Positions 11,266 to 24,646 of a stretch of 64,000 nucleotides of DNA are shown here, piece after piece. Each line of letters begins with the position of its first letter. Position 1 is the first letter of the stretch. Made by a program: the position numbers and the translations under genes. The notes beneath the pieces are model-generated. The model ran no database searches and was not told the DNA's origin. It saw only the letters and a list, made by a program, of their open reading frames with translations. The DNA comes from Tegillarca granosa. Its lineage: Eukaryota. Where the stretch lies: NCBI GenBank assembly GCA_029721355.1, contig CM056596.1, positions 16,311,055-16,375,054 of the forward strand. Reading direction: 5' to 3'.

Positions 11266-11979
11266 GTAAACAAGTTAACATATACATATAATATAGATTG
11301 CAGTTTTCATGAAAACTGGATGTCTGTGTTACGAATCATAAAATATATAGGAAAAAATAAAACAATGTACATGGCAGGTAAATTTATGATGGATTCAGTA
11401 TCACAGACATTTTTATTTTAAACATACTAACATGTGAATTTTATTTTATGTTAACTTCACCAGATAACAGATTACATATATTTAAATGTATATTCAGTTC
11501 TGCTTTGAAGTACCTATTAAGGTTTTGTTGTGTTTTGTATTTGTAATATCCCTGCTACAAAGGGAACTTTGTGTGATTTTATGGATCACTGTGTCTGTCA
11601 TTTCCGTGGTATGAATCCCACTCAGGAAAATCTTAGTAGAAGAAAGTTTGTCAGTTTTGTTTGCCAAAGTTGAGTGTTTTTGTCAAGGCACTCCACCGTT
11701 ATGTTCAGTCACTCAACCATCTATACCTGACCATCCCAATATAAGTGAAAAAATCTTGACTCCATCACACCACTCCAATTACCATTGTGTGTTTGTATAT
11801 ATTGATTTAGGATCCATATATGTAAATAGAAATCTTTCATCAAAGAAGGATGATTTTGATGCTTTTTGTTTACAATTCACTAATGTAAGCGCATGTTCAT
11901 ATTATTAAGAGGACAGTTTTCTACATGTATATTTTGTTTTAAAAGAAGTTTATTTGTTTTTGATTTTGATTTTATACAG

Positions 11980-12159
11980 GCAGAAGAAAATGGTATACTG
12001 TTTATGCCAATACAAGGAAGAACACAGGAGGCCAAACAGGTTTACAGATTTGGAAAGAATATGATTTACCTGGACAGAAGTGTTGTGTTTATATGTGAAA
12101 AAAATAATCAGTGGGTGCCTATATCATTACAAAATTTAGTTGATGTTTCAATAGGCTGA
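11980..12159 (+). CDS. TFIP11: TFIP11-like terminal exon including stop codon (TGA 12157-12159)
   Basis: Acceptor tttatacag. Peptide AEENGILFMPIQGRTQEAKQVYRFGKNMIYLDRSVVFICEKNNQWVPISLQNLVDVSIG* matches the human TFIP11 C-terminus ...GLLFMP..G...GKQVYRFGK...Y.DR.V.F.....W.P.SLQ. Confidence 0.88.
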   Translation, partial: AEENGILFMPIQGRTQEAKQVYRFGKNMIYLDRSVVFICEKNNQWVPISLQNLVDVSIG

Positions 12160-12211
12160 ATCAGTAATATATGAGTGTATTCACAGTAAATAGGTAGCTG
12201 AAGTAGGTTTA

Positions 12212-12217
12212 AAATAA
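12212..12217 (+). promoter_or_regulatory. TFIP11: Candidate poly(A) signal AATAAA for TFIP11-like 3'UTR
   Basis: AATAAA hexamer about 55 nt downstream of the TFIP11 stop codon. No transcript data available. Confidence 0.3.
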
Positions 12218-13104
12218 AGATTGGACACATGACAGTCAAGTAAAGGTCAGAAAATTTGCAGCTGGACAGCCCATTGTGTGATATGGAAACCAAATACATA
12301 AATATATACTTCCAAATTTGAGGACCAGTTTTATTATTGACTTATTACAGCTTAAAATAAAATAAGTTTGCTTAGTGAATAAGGTATTCTGTCAACAATC
12401 TATCTCTGTTGCAAGGTACATGTACTATAATTGTAATCTGGTATTTAATAAGTTGGAACTATAACACTGATAATTACATGTATTACAGTGACATTTTTTG
12501 CAATAGCAAATATTGTCACCCATTCCACAGAATCATTGCTTTCAGCTTGCAAGATCTACATTTTTTCAGTTCATTTAATGTGTCATATAATGGTAATTAA
12601 TTTGTTTGATCAAGAATTGAATCTTGGCATTAATGGTAATGCCAGACAGATATATTCTATGTATTGTGGTTACAATTACATGTATGTATACAAATACACT
12701 TGTACTACTTTTTGTAAAATGTCAGATAAACTGATTCAACATTAACAATATAGTTGTTGTGTCTATCTATTTATTAATTTCCTCATAGAAATGTTTTGAT
12801 TGAGTCTGGTTTACATTCCAGTTAAGATTATTTCTTGTACATAAGATTTTACAAGTTACATGTACATAAATGTATCTAAAAAGTTGTAATTCACTTTGTG
12901 CAACAAGTGTTTAGGTCTAGATTTGATGCCAAATCTAACATGGCGGGGATATCGCTTATTGAAGTCCCACTAAACCATTTATTTCCGATTTTGAATCTGG
13001 CACTAGAACAGTTCCTGCTAAGTGTCAGGTTTGGCCCAGCTGGCCATAATAACAGACAATCTATCAACATGTCAGTTGTTAGCTCAAATGACCGAAAGTT
13101 CATG

Positions 13105-13460
13105 TGAGCTTATGGCATGGTGACGTGTGTGTATGTGTGTGTGTGTGCATCGTTAACACCTATTTTCAACTTCTCCTCTGAAACTGCTGGGCAGATTTCA
13201 ATGATTTTTGGTCAGAAGCATATATGGGCCAGTGCAATTCAGATTTGTTCATGGCGTTGTCATGGCTACCAAAACTAGGTCAAGGTGACCTAGGTGTCCA
13301 AAAATTTTTAAAAAACATCTCAGAAATCAATGATGGGAGAAAAAATCTGATGTGATATTTGGCTTCTCTAGGGTCTTAAGACTATACTTTGTTCATTTCA
13401 TGAAATTTGGTCCAAAAATGGGTTACGCTTTTTTGTGATTAATTTAAAAAATTTCAAAAA
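13105..13460 (+). repeat. Copy of the MITE-like element family
   Basis: gtgagcttatggcatggtgacgtgtgtgtatgtgtg...cttctcctctgaaactgctgggc...atggctaccaaaactaggtca...aatctgatgtgatatttggcttct is collinear with 560-900. Confidence 0.55.
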
Positions 13461-13744
13461 ATAGCTTCAAATTGTTATAACTTGACTATTTGAACAGATA
13501 ATAACATGGGGTTTTCAGTTTTGACTTTTTCTTGAAATGACCTTTAAAATGGGGCCAAGGTCACAAATCAAGGTCGTGACTTAATTTGTGATTTGTACAG
13601 TTCAAGGCAATTTTCTTGCAAATATTAAGAGACATATAAATTTAAAACATTGTTAAAATGTTCAGCATGACAAAATTTAACAAGGTACCAGGTTTTGTAA
13701 CTATATGATAATCCATGTATGAGTTGTTGCCCCTGATATTTTAT

Positions 13745-14060
13745 TTTTGGCTTATAAATACTAAAATTGTTCATTAGACTGAAAACTATAAACTTTTTGT
13801 ATAGAAATGTATATTAGGATATTGAAATGACAATTATTTTGATATATGGTTCAAGGTCATATGTTGAAAGGTCAAGGTCATAGCTGCATAAGAAAACTGA
13901 AATTGTGAATTATCTTGAAAACCATTAACTTTTTGTACAAGCATGTATATTAGAATATTGTAGGTATTGATATTATGACCATTTTGATATAGGGTTGAAG
14001 GTCATATGTTCAAAGGTCAACATCATGGCTGCATAAGTAAACTGAAATGATTAATGCTTT
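13745..14060 (+). repeat. Tandem duplication, about 160 bp x 2 (AGGTCA-rich interspersed repeat; related copies near 18540-19030 and 55500-55640)
   Basis: Two adjacent units: ...gatatatggttcaaggtcatatgttgaaaggtcaaggtcatagctgcataagaaaactgaaat / ...gatatagggttgaaggtcatatgttcaaaggtcaacatcatggctgcataagtaaactgaaat. Confidence 0.6.
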
Positions 14061-14589
14061 TGAAATTATTAATTGCACTATAGTTAAATCATGCATATTA
14101 GTTATTTATGAATGAAATGTGACTAGATATTTCTAGTTAATTATTGCAACAAGTTTTTGTAATTAAGTTCTTGCAAGATTTTGTACATTTCCTCAGGTGA
14201 GTGTTAAGGCCCACAGGCCTCTTGTTTAATCAAACACACGAGAAAATCAATAGATACACACACATATTGAGAAGACCAGGCTCCAGTTTCACAATCATTT
14301 CTTAACTAAGATTTCCCTTATCTTAATTATATTTTTAAGATATACAGGAATTAAAGATGTTATTTTGAAGACGACTTCAAGCTTTTAAAATCTTTATTTA
14401 GTTTTGTCAATAATACATAATTAAAGTTCAAAAGGAGATTGACAGATTTTGCTAGATTTAAACAAAGGGAGAACTATGTGCAGACTGTTAAACTCCTAAC
14501 TCTGGTCATTAGATGGTGGTGTGGTTAAATTATTTTGTTATCACTGATTAGGACATCTATGTTCACACTCCCTAAGAGTATGGAAATAT

Positions 14590-14900
14590 GATAAACTTCT
14601 GAACTTCAATGTTGGCAGAGTGCTCACCTCGTATGTGGGAGGTCGGGGTTTGAACCCTGGCCAGATCTAATCAAGACTTGAAAATTGGTAGCGACTGTTC
14701 TCATGCCAAGCACTAGTCATTTAGAAATGAAAGTCACACCATCCATTGCCGTAGACCTTAAAATTGTTGCTCTGTGTCACAGCAGAGAAAGAACGCTAAA
14801 GAACCCATCCTTCACCTTGCCCTTAGCGCACTGCTAAGTCCAAAATTTCTGCCACTTCTACTATAGCTGGTGACGTCTGGAAATAAGTAAAACAACCACA
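14590..14900 (+). mobile_element. tRNA-derived SINE, plus orientation (same head family as 10340-10700; tail related to 42050-42310)
   Basis: Head gcagagtgctcacctcgtatgtgggaggtcggggtttgaaccc. Body ...ttgaaaattggtagcgactgttctcatgccaag...tatagctggtgacgtctggaaataagtaaaacaaccacattaaatcaatcaatcaac. Confidence 0.7.
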
Positions 14901-17900
14901 TTAAATCAATCAATCAACTTCAAACCAGTAGGATAAAAACTAAAAAAACTTGATCATATATTTATAGTACATTTATTCTGATTTTCTGGGTGCAAAAAAT
15001 TATGTTACTACATTTTTACATCTAACTAAATATATAGCACTAAATGGTAACTATAACAACCACAATTTACATAAAATACACTTTAACATTTGATTCATAA
15101 TTATAAACATTAAGATCACATAAATAATAGTAACAATAATATATTTTTTTCATGTTTGTACAATATTTTAAGTTGAAATGTAAAAACAATGCATCTTGCA
15201 GGCATCCAACAAAGGGTGTTGAATCCATACTTTACATCATGCCTTCTTATAATAAAGAATGACAAACTCTATTAAAAAAAAAAAAAAAAACAATAATGTG
15301 TGTTCCTGTTATTTTAAGATGGTAATGTTTGACATGAACTTTTTATTAAGAATCCAATGTCTATAAAACCACTTTATCAACACACACTCTCCATTTCTGT
15401 TTTAATTACTAGTATGCCATGGCAACTCCTATAGTCTCCATATCTGCATATGTGACATTGAATTTTTCAGCCAATGAAAGTGTTCTAATGAAAACTGTTT
15501 ATTTGTATAGTTTAATGGAGACTATTGATTTCTAGTTTGCTTACAGTCAAACGTTGTGTAAAATTATTGACGGAAAAACTATTCTAAATTTTTTCTGTTG
15601 ATGTTTGTTTAAACAATAAATGGGTTGAAAAAATTCTGTTCAGATAGTTTAGAAGAAAATTGGATTTCACCAATCAACATTTAGCAACATACACTATTTG
15701 ATAGTGTTTAATTGCCCTAAAAGCAGAACAAGAATTGTATTGTGACTTTCTTTTGATTAAAAAAAAAAAAAGAAGTAAAACACCAGACTGATAAGAACTG
15801 TTATGAAGAACGCTCAACTCATCTAAAAATAAGATGAATATAAACATGTTTGTGCAAGTAAGAATAGGATGACCACATGCTGATTTATATAGTGTTAATA
15901 AGATAAGCTATAACTGAATAAGCAACAAGGAAACGGGTGTCAGATAGAAATAATGAACACTGCACAATATATCACTGAATTTTCTATCATATCTTTTATA
16001 TTAACAGGTTAATATTAAAAAGATGATTGCAAAAATGAAGGTAATTAAAATAAATAAACATTTATGTAGCAGTATTTGTGTAATAAGTCACCATTATAAT
16101 TTGTCTTTTTCTTATCAAATAAAGAGCTGTCCCATTGTTATTGTCTTATTGAAATTCTTCAGAGGTACCAACAACGTTTTAAGAGTTATGCATCATGGGA
16201 AAGTAACAATTTACTCTACATGAACAACTCTTTACATGAAAATGACAACCTAATACCATCTTTGACAATTCTCTGTACACCAGGGAAAGGAAGTTACATG
16301 TATTAAAAATTGCCAAGCAAAACCTGTCTTAGTTAACATGTCTATCATTGAGTAAAAAGACGTCTTTCAAAAGGGTAAAACAATTTAAAGTCCCTATTAT
16401 TGTATTTTCACTGTTGAGGTAATGCAGGTATACATTTAATTCCTTCATCACTGCAATCAAGTTATTAAAAATTTTCATTGTATTTACATAGTATTGACAA
16501 TCAATACAAAAAATTGTGTTTTACATGAAAAAGCAATACAAGATATAACTTAAAACAGGTTCAAAATTAAATTGTTAGGTTAAGTAAGCAGTTTTTAGTT
16601 CAGCTATATTCACTAATGTGTAAAAGAAAATTCTTATATTTCACTCTATTAACAAGAATTCCACAGATTTAAATGTCTCGACTGGTAAGTTTTTGATCCA
16701 GTAGAAAATACATTACTTTAACATAAACTTTCACATTTTGACACACCGCCGCTGCCAACCATACCGGAAAAGTAACACCCAAGTCTCGCCTTATGGCATT
16801 GCCAGGCTCAATATTTACCTTTACTTTATAGTGTCAACCAGACGTCATACTTAGAGAGTATTGCAAATAGTATAGATTTTGAACTGCAATGGTAACAAAT
16901 GCTAAGTCTACTTATTATGTCAATTATCAATGAGCATGCAGTATGCCATTACCTCATATTAAAGAGATTAAAGATATGGTTTAAAAGCTTTCTGATTTTA
17001 AATACACTTTGGTACTATAAAAATTACAAAGAAAAAATTATTGTGCATAACACAATAATTAATCAAACAAAGTTAGCAGCTGTAAAAGTGATTGAATGAT
17101 TTTTTATGTATGTAAGGTTCAACTTACAATTACTTCCCTTAGATTACGATATCGAAAACTAACGAAAATGTTAAGTAATTTGTCTTTGAAATTCTCTAAT
17201 GTCAAAAAGCAATAACTAAAAGGTTTCTTGTCGACAATGACAGCAATATTTTGCTTACATTGAAAAACAAGTAAGGGCACTTCCATAAATATAACTAATT
17301 ACAATATTTTTTAACATTCAGAATGATTTCTACCAATGATCTCTCATTGGGTGATTATTCAGAACTGATTTGTGGTACTTAAAAAGCCCTATGATAATTT
17401 ATTTCTTGAATGGTTGTTTCAATTACAATTTAATGAGTTCACATGTAAAAAATGCAATGTCATATATCTTGGATACATGCTTGTTTGGATGATTCAGAAT
17501 AAATGTCAGTAATTGTGAATAACATTGAACCTAATGAATAATGATTCAGTAAAATTATAAGAAGAAAACACTTCACATTTCCAATTCCTATGTTACCAAG
17601 GTTACTAAATATAAACTTATTTCCAGTAATTTTTAACATACTTTCACATCATGAAAAATGAAATGGGATTAATACAGACTACAGTTTATTAAAATCTTCC
17701 TAAAAGAAACAATTCAATGAAATGTTGACATATATGACATTTTTATTTCCAGATTCCACTTCTCAACAAAAGATTCGTACAAATTTTAACACTAAAAATG
17801 TTTTTAACTAGCACTTAAGCTACATATATTGTTAGGATATTACAACAATTATAATGTTTTCATTGATTGTGGATACAATAAGATAAAATGATGGTGCAAT

Positions 17901-18325
17901 GGAAACATTTTATGTGGATTCCCCTGTGACAATTAAAATTAAACCACAAAAAAAAATTCCCTGTATAGGTTACACATGGCACAAAAATAAATCTTATTTT
18001 ACTTTTTTTCTAATTCTGAGAAGAAAATCACACAGTTCCTATCACAAATATATTGTTTGAAATAAAACCAAGATTTCTGCAAATAACATACACTCATTTA
18101 TAAATATATCCCAGAAAATGGCCTGTTCAAACATAACAACATACATAGTTTAATCTTTAAGATGTTGTTCCTCACATGATGTCAAAATAAAAACGTTCAA
18201 TAAACCTCTGTAAAACTAACATGTCCAGGGACAATATTCCTCAATGAAGAATTGAAAGACGCTGTAAAGCTGTATGCTTACTTATTTAAAACAACATGAC
18301 TATGATTTTAGGTGAAGTGACGCTC

Positions 18326-18447
18326 TTAGCAACAACCACTTTTGCCTTCTTGCTGCTGAGGTGTGTCATCATCTACCACCAGGACACTTTTCCTATTACT
18401 TCCCTTGGAATTTTTGTGGTTATCATCACCTGCCTTTTCTATCATTG
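18326..18447 (-). CDS. RAB21: RAB21 terminal exon incl. stop (revcomp TAA at 18326-18328)
   Basis: Minus-strand acceptor ttttgtag. Peptide (S)MIEKAGDDNHKNSKGSNRKSVLVVDDDTPQQQEGKSGCC* has a hypervariable tail and a C-terminal CC prenylation motif, as in Rab proteins. Confidence 0.8.
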
Positions 18448-19305
18448 CTACAAAATCAAAAAATTGCATGTTATACATTTGAATTTACTAGTGATAACTT
18501 AACAGTTCAAATGTTCTGTCATTAGGATAAAACAATGAGATGTTAACTGTTTTACTACTTCATGTCACTGACATTGAATGTGGGCCAAGGTCAACCAGCT
18601 TCCTAAACCTCATAGAGATTTACATACTATTACAGTATATAGGAAGTTTCAAGCTTCCATGTATTTTGTTTAATCATCATAAGATGTTTGAATGTTTTAC
18701 TTCTTCAAGTCATTGTGACCTTGAATAAATATCAACCTGCATCACAAACTTTGTGCGCTTTGTGTCCTGATGTGGTGTATGCTTTTATGCCTTTTGGTTC
18801 ATAATAGATGTAAAATGGTTTTAATAATTCAGGTCACAATAAATGTGGGTTAAAGAAAATTTGGTAGAGCTTTATACCATGATATCTGTAAAGTTTTAAG
18901 ATTCTAGGCTTTTTGGTTCAGGAAAAGAAGATGGTCAACCTAAGGTTTTACTAATGAAGGTCAATGTGACATTTGAAAATGTCAAGGTCAAGGTCAATTG
19001 ATTTCCAACTTGAAAGGGTCTTAGCCATAGGAGATCCTATTCAGTTTCACCATTCTTGGTTTACAGGTTCTAGAGTAAAAAGTATATAAAAGTTAATGAC
19101 ATTGGATGGATAATTATCAGAATTGTTGTTAGCCTACAAGCTTAAAATAGTCTTATGTACAAACATTTGCAAAGCTGTAAACTTTTAAAACCTTGTCACA
19201 ATACTGTTATTAAAATTCCTTCCCTCTTTTATAAATCTGCCAGATAAGCTTTTGCTTCGAGTGAGCTAGAAATGGCAGACAATTTTCTAATTTTTTTTTA
19301 CTTAC

Positions 19306-19394
19306 ATTTACTAAGATCCAAAAATAGTTCTTCAATACCTTTGTTCAATTTTGCAGAAGTGTGATAATGTTTGGCTCCAACAGATGCTGCATAT
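19306..19394 (-). CDS. RAB21: RAB21 exon 5
   Basis: Minus-strand acceptor ttttttcag and donor gtaagt. Peptide (Q)YAASVGAKHYHTSAKLNKGIEELFLDLSK matches human SYAESVGAKHYHTSAKQNKGIEELFLDLCK. Confidence 0.85.
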
Positions 19395-19922
19395 CTGAAA
19401 AAAATATCAATAATCTATAACTAATACATCCAGAAAAATTAATCAAGTAATTACAAAAAATATTGTCATAGATGGCAGATAAATGGAATGCCTCAGGGAG
19501 ACAGTGGTTTTGTTTACTACTAGAACAAGAGCCATCAATAACTTATCTAATCAATTTTGTATATATATCATATATCATGTACATGTATATATAATGAATG
19601 AATTACTAACATATTAATACATAAATTATCACTTCCATTATTTACTTATTTTCTGTCATTATACAACAATTATCACTAAGTACCTGTAGCAAATAACTGT
19701 CACAATACTAAAAACAGAAACCAATAACAAGACCAGCATATATTTTACATTCATGATCAATAATCACTCTTCAGTTGGATAAGTTAGATAAATTATAGAT
19801 AAAAAAGGTATTGACAATACTGTGTGAGAGATCAGATGTTTAAAATTACTGAAAATTTGTGTTTTGCTGTATAAACTATAATGAGTTTAATGAAATAACA
19901 GTTAATTACAAATATAACTTAC

Positions 19923-20041
19923 TGTTCTGCTTCAGCCACAGTTACATGTCTGTCTCTATCTAAATCTATTTTATTACCAACTATACATAAACATATATCA
20001 TTACCCAACATTTTACGTAATTCTTTCACCCAATTTTTAAC
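19923..20041 (-). CDS. RAB21: RAB21 exon 4
   Basis: Minus-strand acceptor ttttgtag and donor gtaagt. Peptide VKNWVKELRKMLGNDICLCIVGNKIDLDRDRHVTVAEAE(Q) matches human VKNWVKELRKMLGNEICLCIVGNKIDLEKERHVSIQEAE. Confidence 0.88.
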
Positions 20042-21893
20042 CTACAAAATCATAAATATATATAATTAATCCTCTGAGTCTGACTTGAAAAGGGTTTGAA
20101 ACATGATTCTTAAAGTCTCACTTCAGTATTGAGACCACATGCTGAATAGAGGCAGAAATTTTTAACTTGTTCTATAATGGGGTTTTGGCAATCAGCAAGA
20201 TAGCTCCTTTTTCATGCCATGGCTGCTGTCACATAACTCATCCTTTCATTAATAAATGACAGGTGCTTTGTTAAAAATTTGGCAATTTGGACAATTATCT
20301 ATGTCTACTTGTTTTACATTTCATTTAGTCCTTTACAACAAGTATAGTATACTACTACATCTTTTCTGTCTTCTAATCCGTCTCACATAGAGGTGTTCAG
20401 AAAATATTTAAGACACATACACAAGGTACAGTTGTTTTGCAATTGTGCAGTCTATTACAGTCTATTGCTTACTACAAAATGAACTGATGTAGACTAAAGA
20501 CATAGTAACAAACAAAGATAAACACCTCCAATAATACAGGAAATGTTAAGCTATTATGTTACTTTTTGTATATTTTTTATTACTCATAACTGTTGAATAA
20601 GTACTGAATAAGGTAATTCTACAAATGATAAAATCACACCAATAGGACATAAATGTCATGAAATCAATGCCCGTACAAAATAAGGAGTTTTATTATCAGG
20701 TGTCCTATATTTATACATGTATATCTTGTCTGCTTGTAATGTTCATTTTTTGTTGCATTAATGCTCTGTACATATTTTTTTCAGCTACAAATTTCATTTT
20801 TGTTTATTTTTTGTTGCATTGATTAATGCCCTGTACAGATTTTTCAAGCTACAATTTTTTTCTATTGTCACAATTGTTAAATATCAGTTGTGATTATAAT
20901 ATGTATATGACCATGAAATTTACAGGTATGTACAGGGATTTACATAACTTGTGGATTTTTGGAGTCCTTGGGACTCCCTAATTTGAATTCAAGGAGTCCA
21001 TATAAAATTTTGGCAGTCCCCTAAAAAAAATTTTGAAATTAAAGTTTTTTGCAGGACTTACAGTTAAGTGGTGTATGTGTTAGTTCACAGTATAATTGAA
21101 ATTGATTAAATCATATAAAATAAAAACCATAAAATTGAATATCAATTTTGTTCTGGTTTTATTATTTAGATAACCAATCAAACAGAAATTGTCACATTCA
21201 GAGAACTTAAATTTTAATTCCCAGAAAATTTTACAATTAAGTACATGTAATTTGTAAACATTGTAAACACAGTCATCAGAATCTTTTGACGTAAAGGGGT
21301 TTTCCAAACATTTAGCACTTGTCTGGCTCGTTAACATGAAGCCACGTGTAACGGGTCAACCATTCTTGTTTAAAACTTCTTGATTTTTTATTAATATAAG
21401 TACTTGAAGCACTTTGTTGTTCTTTGGCAGTCGTGGCCTCTACTTCCACGTCAGCAGTTTTACTTTTGGTTACTTTTGTTCTACTGACAAATTATCTATG
21501 GTAACATATAAACAAATCAAAGTAAAATGAGGTCAGTTCAATTGTATAACCCCCCTATAGGCGGTATTGACTGGAGTTCGGAACTTTTCTCGTTTTTTCA
21601 GTATTAAGTGAGTGATCACCAATCGGAATTTATTTATGTTTTTCTTAAGAGTAATTACGGACAGAGTCGGCATTATTAGATTAGATCATGAATATTCTAA
21701 AGATTACCGCGAACACTGAGAAAAGAAGTGCTTTTAACTGAATCAGAATGGAACGAGTTGCGTCCCTAGGGACGCATATTAAAACTTTTCAGGAGTCCTA
21801 CATAATTTTTTTGCGTCATATATGCAGGATTTCTGCGTCCCGTAAATCCCTGTATGTATATTTTTATGTATTACCCAGTACTAGGCCATTTAC

Positions 21894-22000
21894 CTTAGCA
21901 AATGAATCCTCATCTGTTATATCATATACTAATAATGCTCCATTACTGTCTCTATAATATATAGGACCTAAAGCATGAAATCTTTCTGACCAGCTGTGTC
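21894..22000 (-). CDS. RAB21: RAB21 exon 3 (switch II), carrying an apparent 1-bp deletion/frameshift
   Basis: Minus-strand acceptor ctatttcag and donor gtaaat. Reads DTAGQ in phase 0, then only 2 nt (AA) where a Glu codon is expected. RFHALGPIYYRDSNGALLVYDITDEDSFAK continues in the +2 frame. Exon is 107 nt, not the 108 needed for phase 0 to 0. Confidence 0.8.
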
Positions 22001-22360
22001 CTGAAATAGAAATTTTTTACTCAAGCTTTAAGAATATACATTTTTATATATGGTCGTTACTATTGCTTAAAATTTGTAGCATATACATGTACTAGTAAAC
22101 CACTTACTATGTATATCTAAAGTTTACACATTATACATTGAATTTCTTAATTTACATAACTGATTATAAATTATACCTCAAGGCTTAAGGGTATATACTT
22201 TGTACATGTACATTTACACTATTAAACATTTTAGATTTACAGAATTGAAATGAAGGATACTTCAAGGAATGGTTGTAGAATTAAAACCCATTAATTGTAC
22301 TGACAAGAAGACTCACAATCAAATCATCATAACACATTTAAAAATCAATTTTTAACTTAC

Positions 22361-22420
22361 CCATATGGATAGGTTTACTCTTTTTCCACCAATGTTAATT
22401 TTTTTGTTCAAAAATGATGC
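22361..22420 (-). CDS. RAB21: RAB21 exon 2
   Basis: Minus-strand acceptor atttgtag and donor gtaagt. Peptide ASFLNKKINIGGKRVNLSIW matches human ASFLTKKLNIGGKRVNLAIW. Confidence 0.85.
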
Positions 22421-23464
22421 CTACAAATAAATATGCACTAGATGTATTACATGTATACTTCATGTAAAATCTAAATATTTGATTTGTCATTAGATGTTTG
22501 TCAATTTTTACTTAAACATACTGGTACTTAAGCCACACTCATCTTACTGACAGGGGTTAATTCATAGCAACAGGTGTTATTTTTTTAATATCACACTTGT
22601 AGCCTGTAACAATATACCAAAAAGTATACTGAAAATTATCATATATTCTGTCATCAATCAATTCCGGAAATTAGTTGTGCCTCAATTTTTTGATGTTCTT
22701 GTTGAAAACATAGCTAAAAAAAGACATTCAGTATATCAAAAAATCATACTGACCTTTTGTCTTTGCTAGGTGTGTTATCACTCTATAAAGAAAAAATCAA
22801 CTCCCTTAACTTTGTCTTGGGTGTTAATTTTTTTTTTTGGTTGCTATTGTTGTTGTTGAAGGTGATTATTTACCACACTCAACAAAGGTCAGTATGTTTA
22901 TATTACAAAACTAAACATTTGTCACATTAAAATATTTTGAAATACCTACTCAACAATCATCATGTGTAATTTGACTGATAATATTGGAAATGCTTTATAC
23001 TTTCAAGCATTTAAGAAAAAGGATCAATTTAAAAGTGCATATTAATGCATTTATCACAAGACATTTTCTTTTCTAACTACCCAGTTATAAATATCTGGCA
23101 ATTTAATTTTTGACAATCTTCACTATTCCTAAATTATTCTCAAAACCACTATTCCCAAATTATTCTCAAAACTATCTTTTTTAATATTTTCTTCACATAA
23201 ATTAATATGTTACTTATGTTGTCTGCAAATTGGGTCTCTGACCTATTTACCTGATATTGGTGGAAACATTGAAAAGTTACCAACCTCAACAGATAGGTGA
23301 ATGATTTGTCTTCCAAAATAATTCAATTGAAGAGTTTTGGAGACCACACAGCCTTGTTTTGAAAATGGAAGCAGTGGCTAACAAACATCAACACTAAAGA
23401 AACTGATCCAAATTCATAAATCAGTGGCAATGACATCTCAAAATATATATCAATATTTTGGAAC

Positions 23465-24340
23465 ACATCTAGTCGTTTCGTACCATGACCATTTTGTACC
23501 CAAATTGGTCCAATTTGTACCATGTCATATTACCATTTCGTACCATACAGTATTCAGTGATACTACCATTTCATAGCAATGACTTCATATATAATAAAAA
23601 AATTTTAAGAAATTAAAAGTAAATAATAACAAATATTATATAAAAAAAAAATTATAATTATAACAATATTTTATTGAAGGATCTTCTTTGTAAGGTGTTA
23701 GTTTGACTAATGAATAAGCAATTTTGACTGAAAATGTTATAATTTAAATAAAGCTTTATCTTCTTTCTTCTTTTTCAGTTTTTTTTTTTTTTAAATTTTT
23801 TTCTTTTCTTTTCCTTTTTATCAAATTATGTTTAAATGTAATAACAATTGTCTAAAATAAGCAGTGTCTTCTTTTTTTCAGGGTGTTTTTTTTTTAAACT
23901 GAATTAATTAATGCTAATATATGTCGCACAACGCGTCTCTAGTCAGAATTTCACATGTACCATCTAAAGCAGATAACAAGCAAAGAAAATGTTTTCAAAA
24001 AGTTTATTTTAAACAAATAACCATGAAATGTCATTTATAAAAAGATGTGCATTTTAACTATTTTAGTGTGTGTGTAAAATCATGAACAATGAATATACCA
24101 TGTAGTAATTATTTAAAAATAAAACATTTACACACAAAAAATATATACATTGTATATGTTAGAAAAATAAAATGTGACGAATTTGTAGCTTAGTCTTTAA
24201 ACATAAGAAAAATCATACCAACATACACTACAGTACAAAATGGTTAAACAAAATAGTAAAAATTGGTTATAGGTACGAAATGGTCATGGTACAAAATAGT
24301 TTTTGATATGGTATGAAATGACGATTAACCATTTTGAAAG
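23465..24340. mobile_element. Foldback / MITE-like inverted-repeat element in RAB21 intron 1
   Basis: Left arm 23472-23550 (gtcgtttcgtaccatgaccattttgtaccc...accatttcgtaccat) is the reverse complement of the right arm 24245-24335 (ggtacgaaatggtcatggtacaaaat...). The interior is poly-T/A-rich low complexity. No ORF. Confidence 0.55.
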
Positions 24341-24646
24341 ACAAATCATTCTCTTATCAATGTATTTAGTAACTTTCGATGTTTCCACTAATATATCCAG
24401 TCTGAAACCAAATGAGGTGACACCCCTTCTGACACCAGTTGGTATCTGAAAATCCAATGATTTTTTTTTTTTTTTGATAGAAACTGTTCTGACACCACAC
24501 ACAGTAGATGGCATAAAATGTGTTGTCAGTGGATATTAAGACGGCAAACCTCTCATCTCAATGGTCATTTTAGTTCTTGACAATAGTTGTCAATAATATA
24601 CTAGTATTTAAAAAGCTAAAATTGTGATCTTTTCTGAATGTGATAC

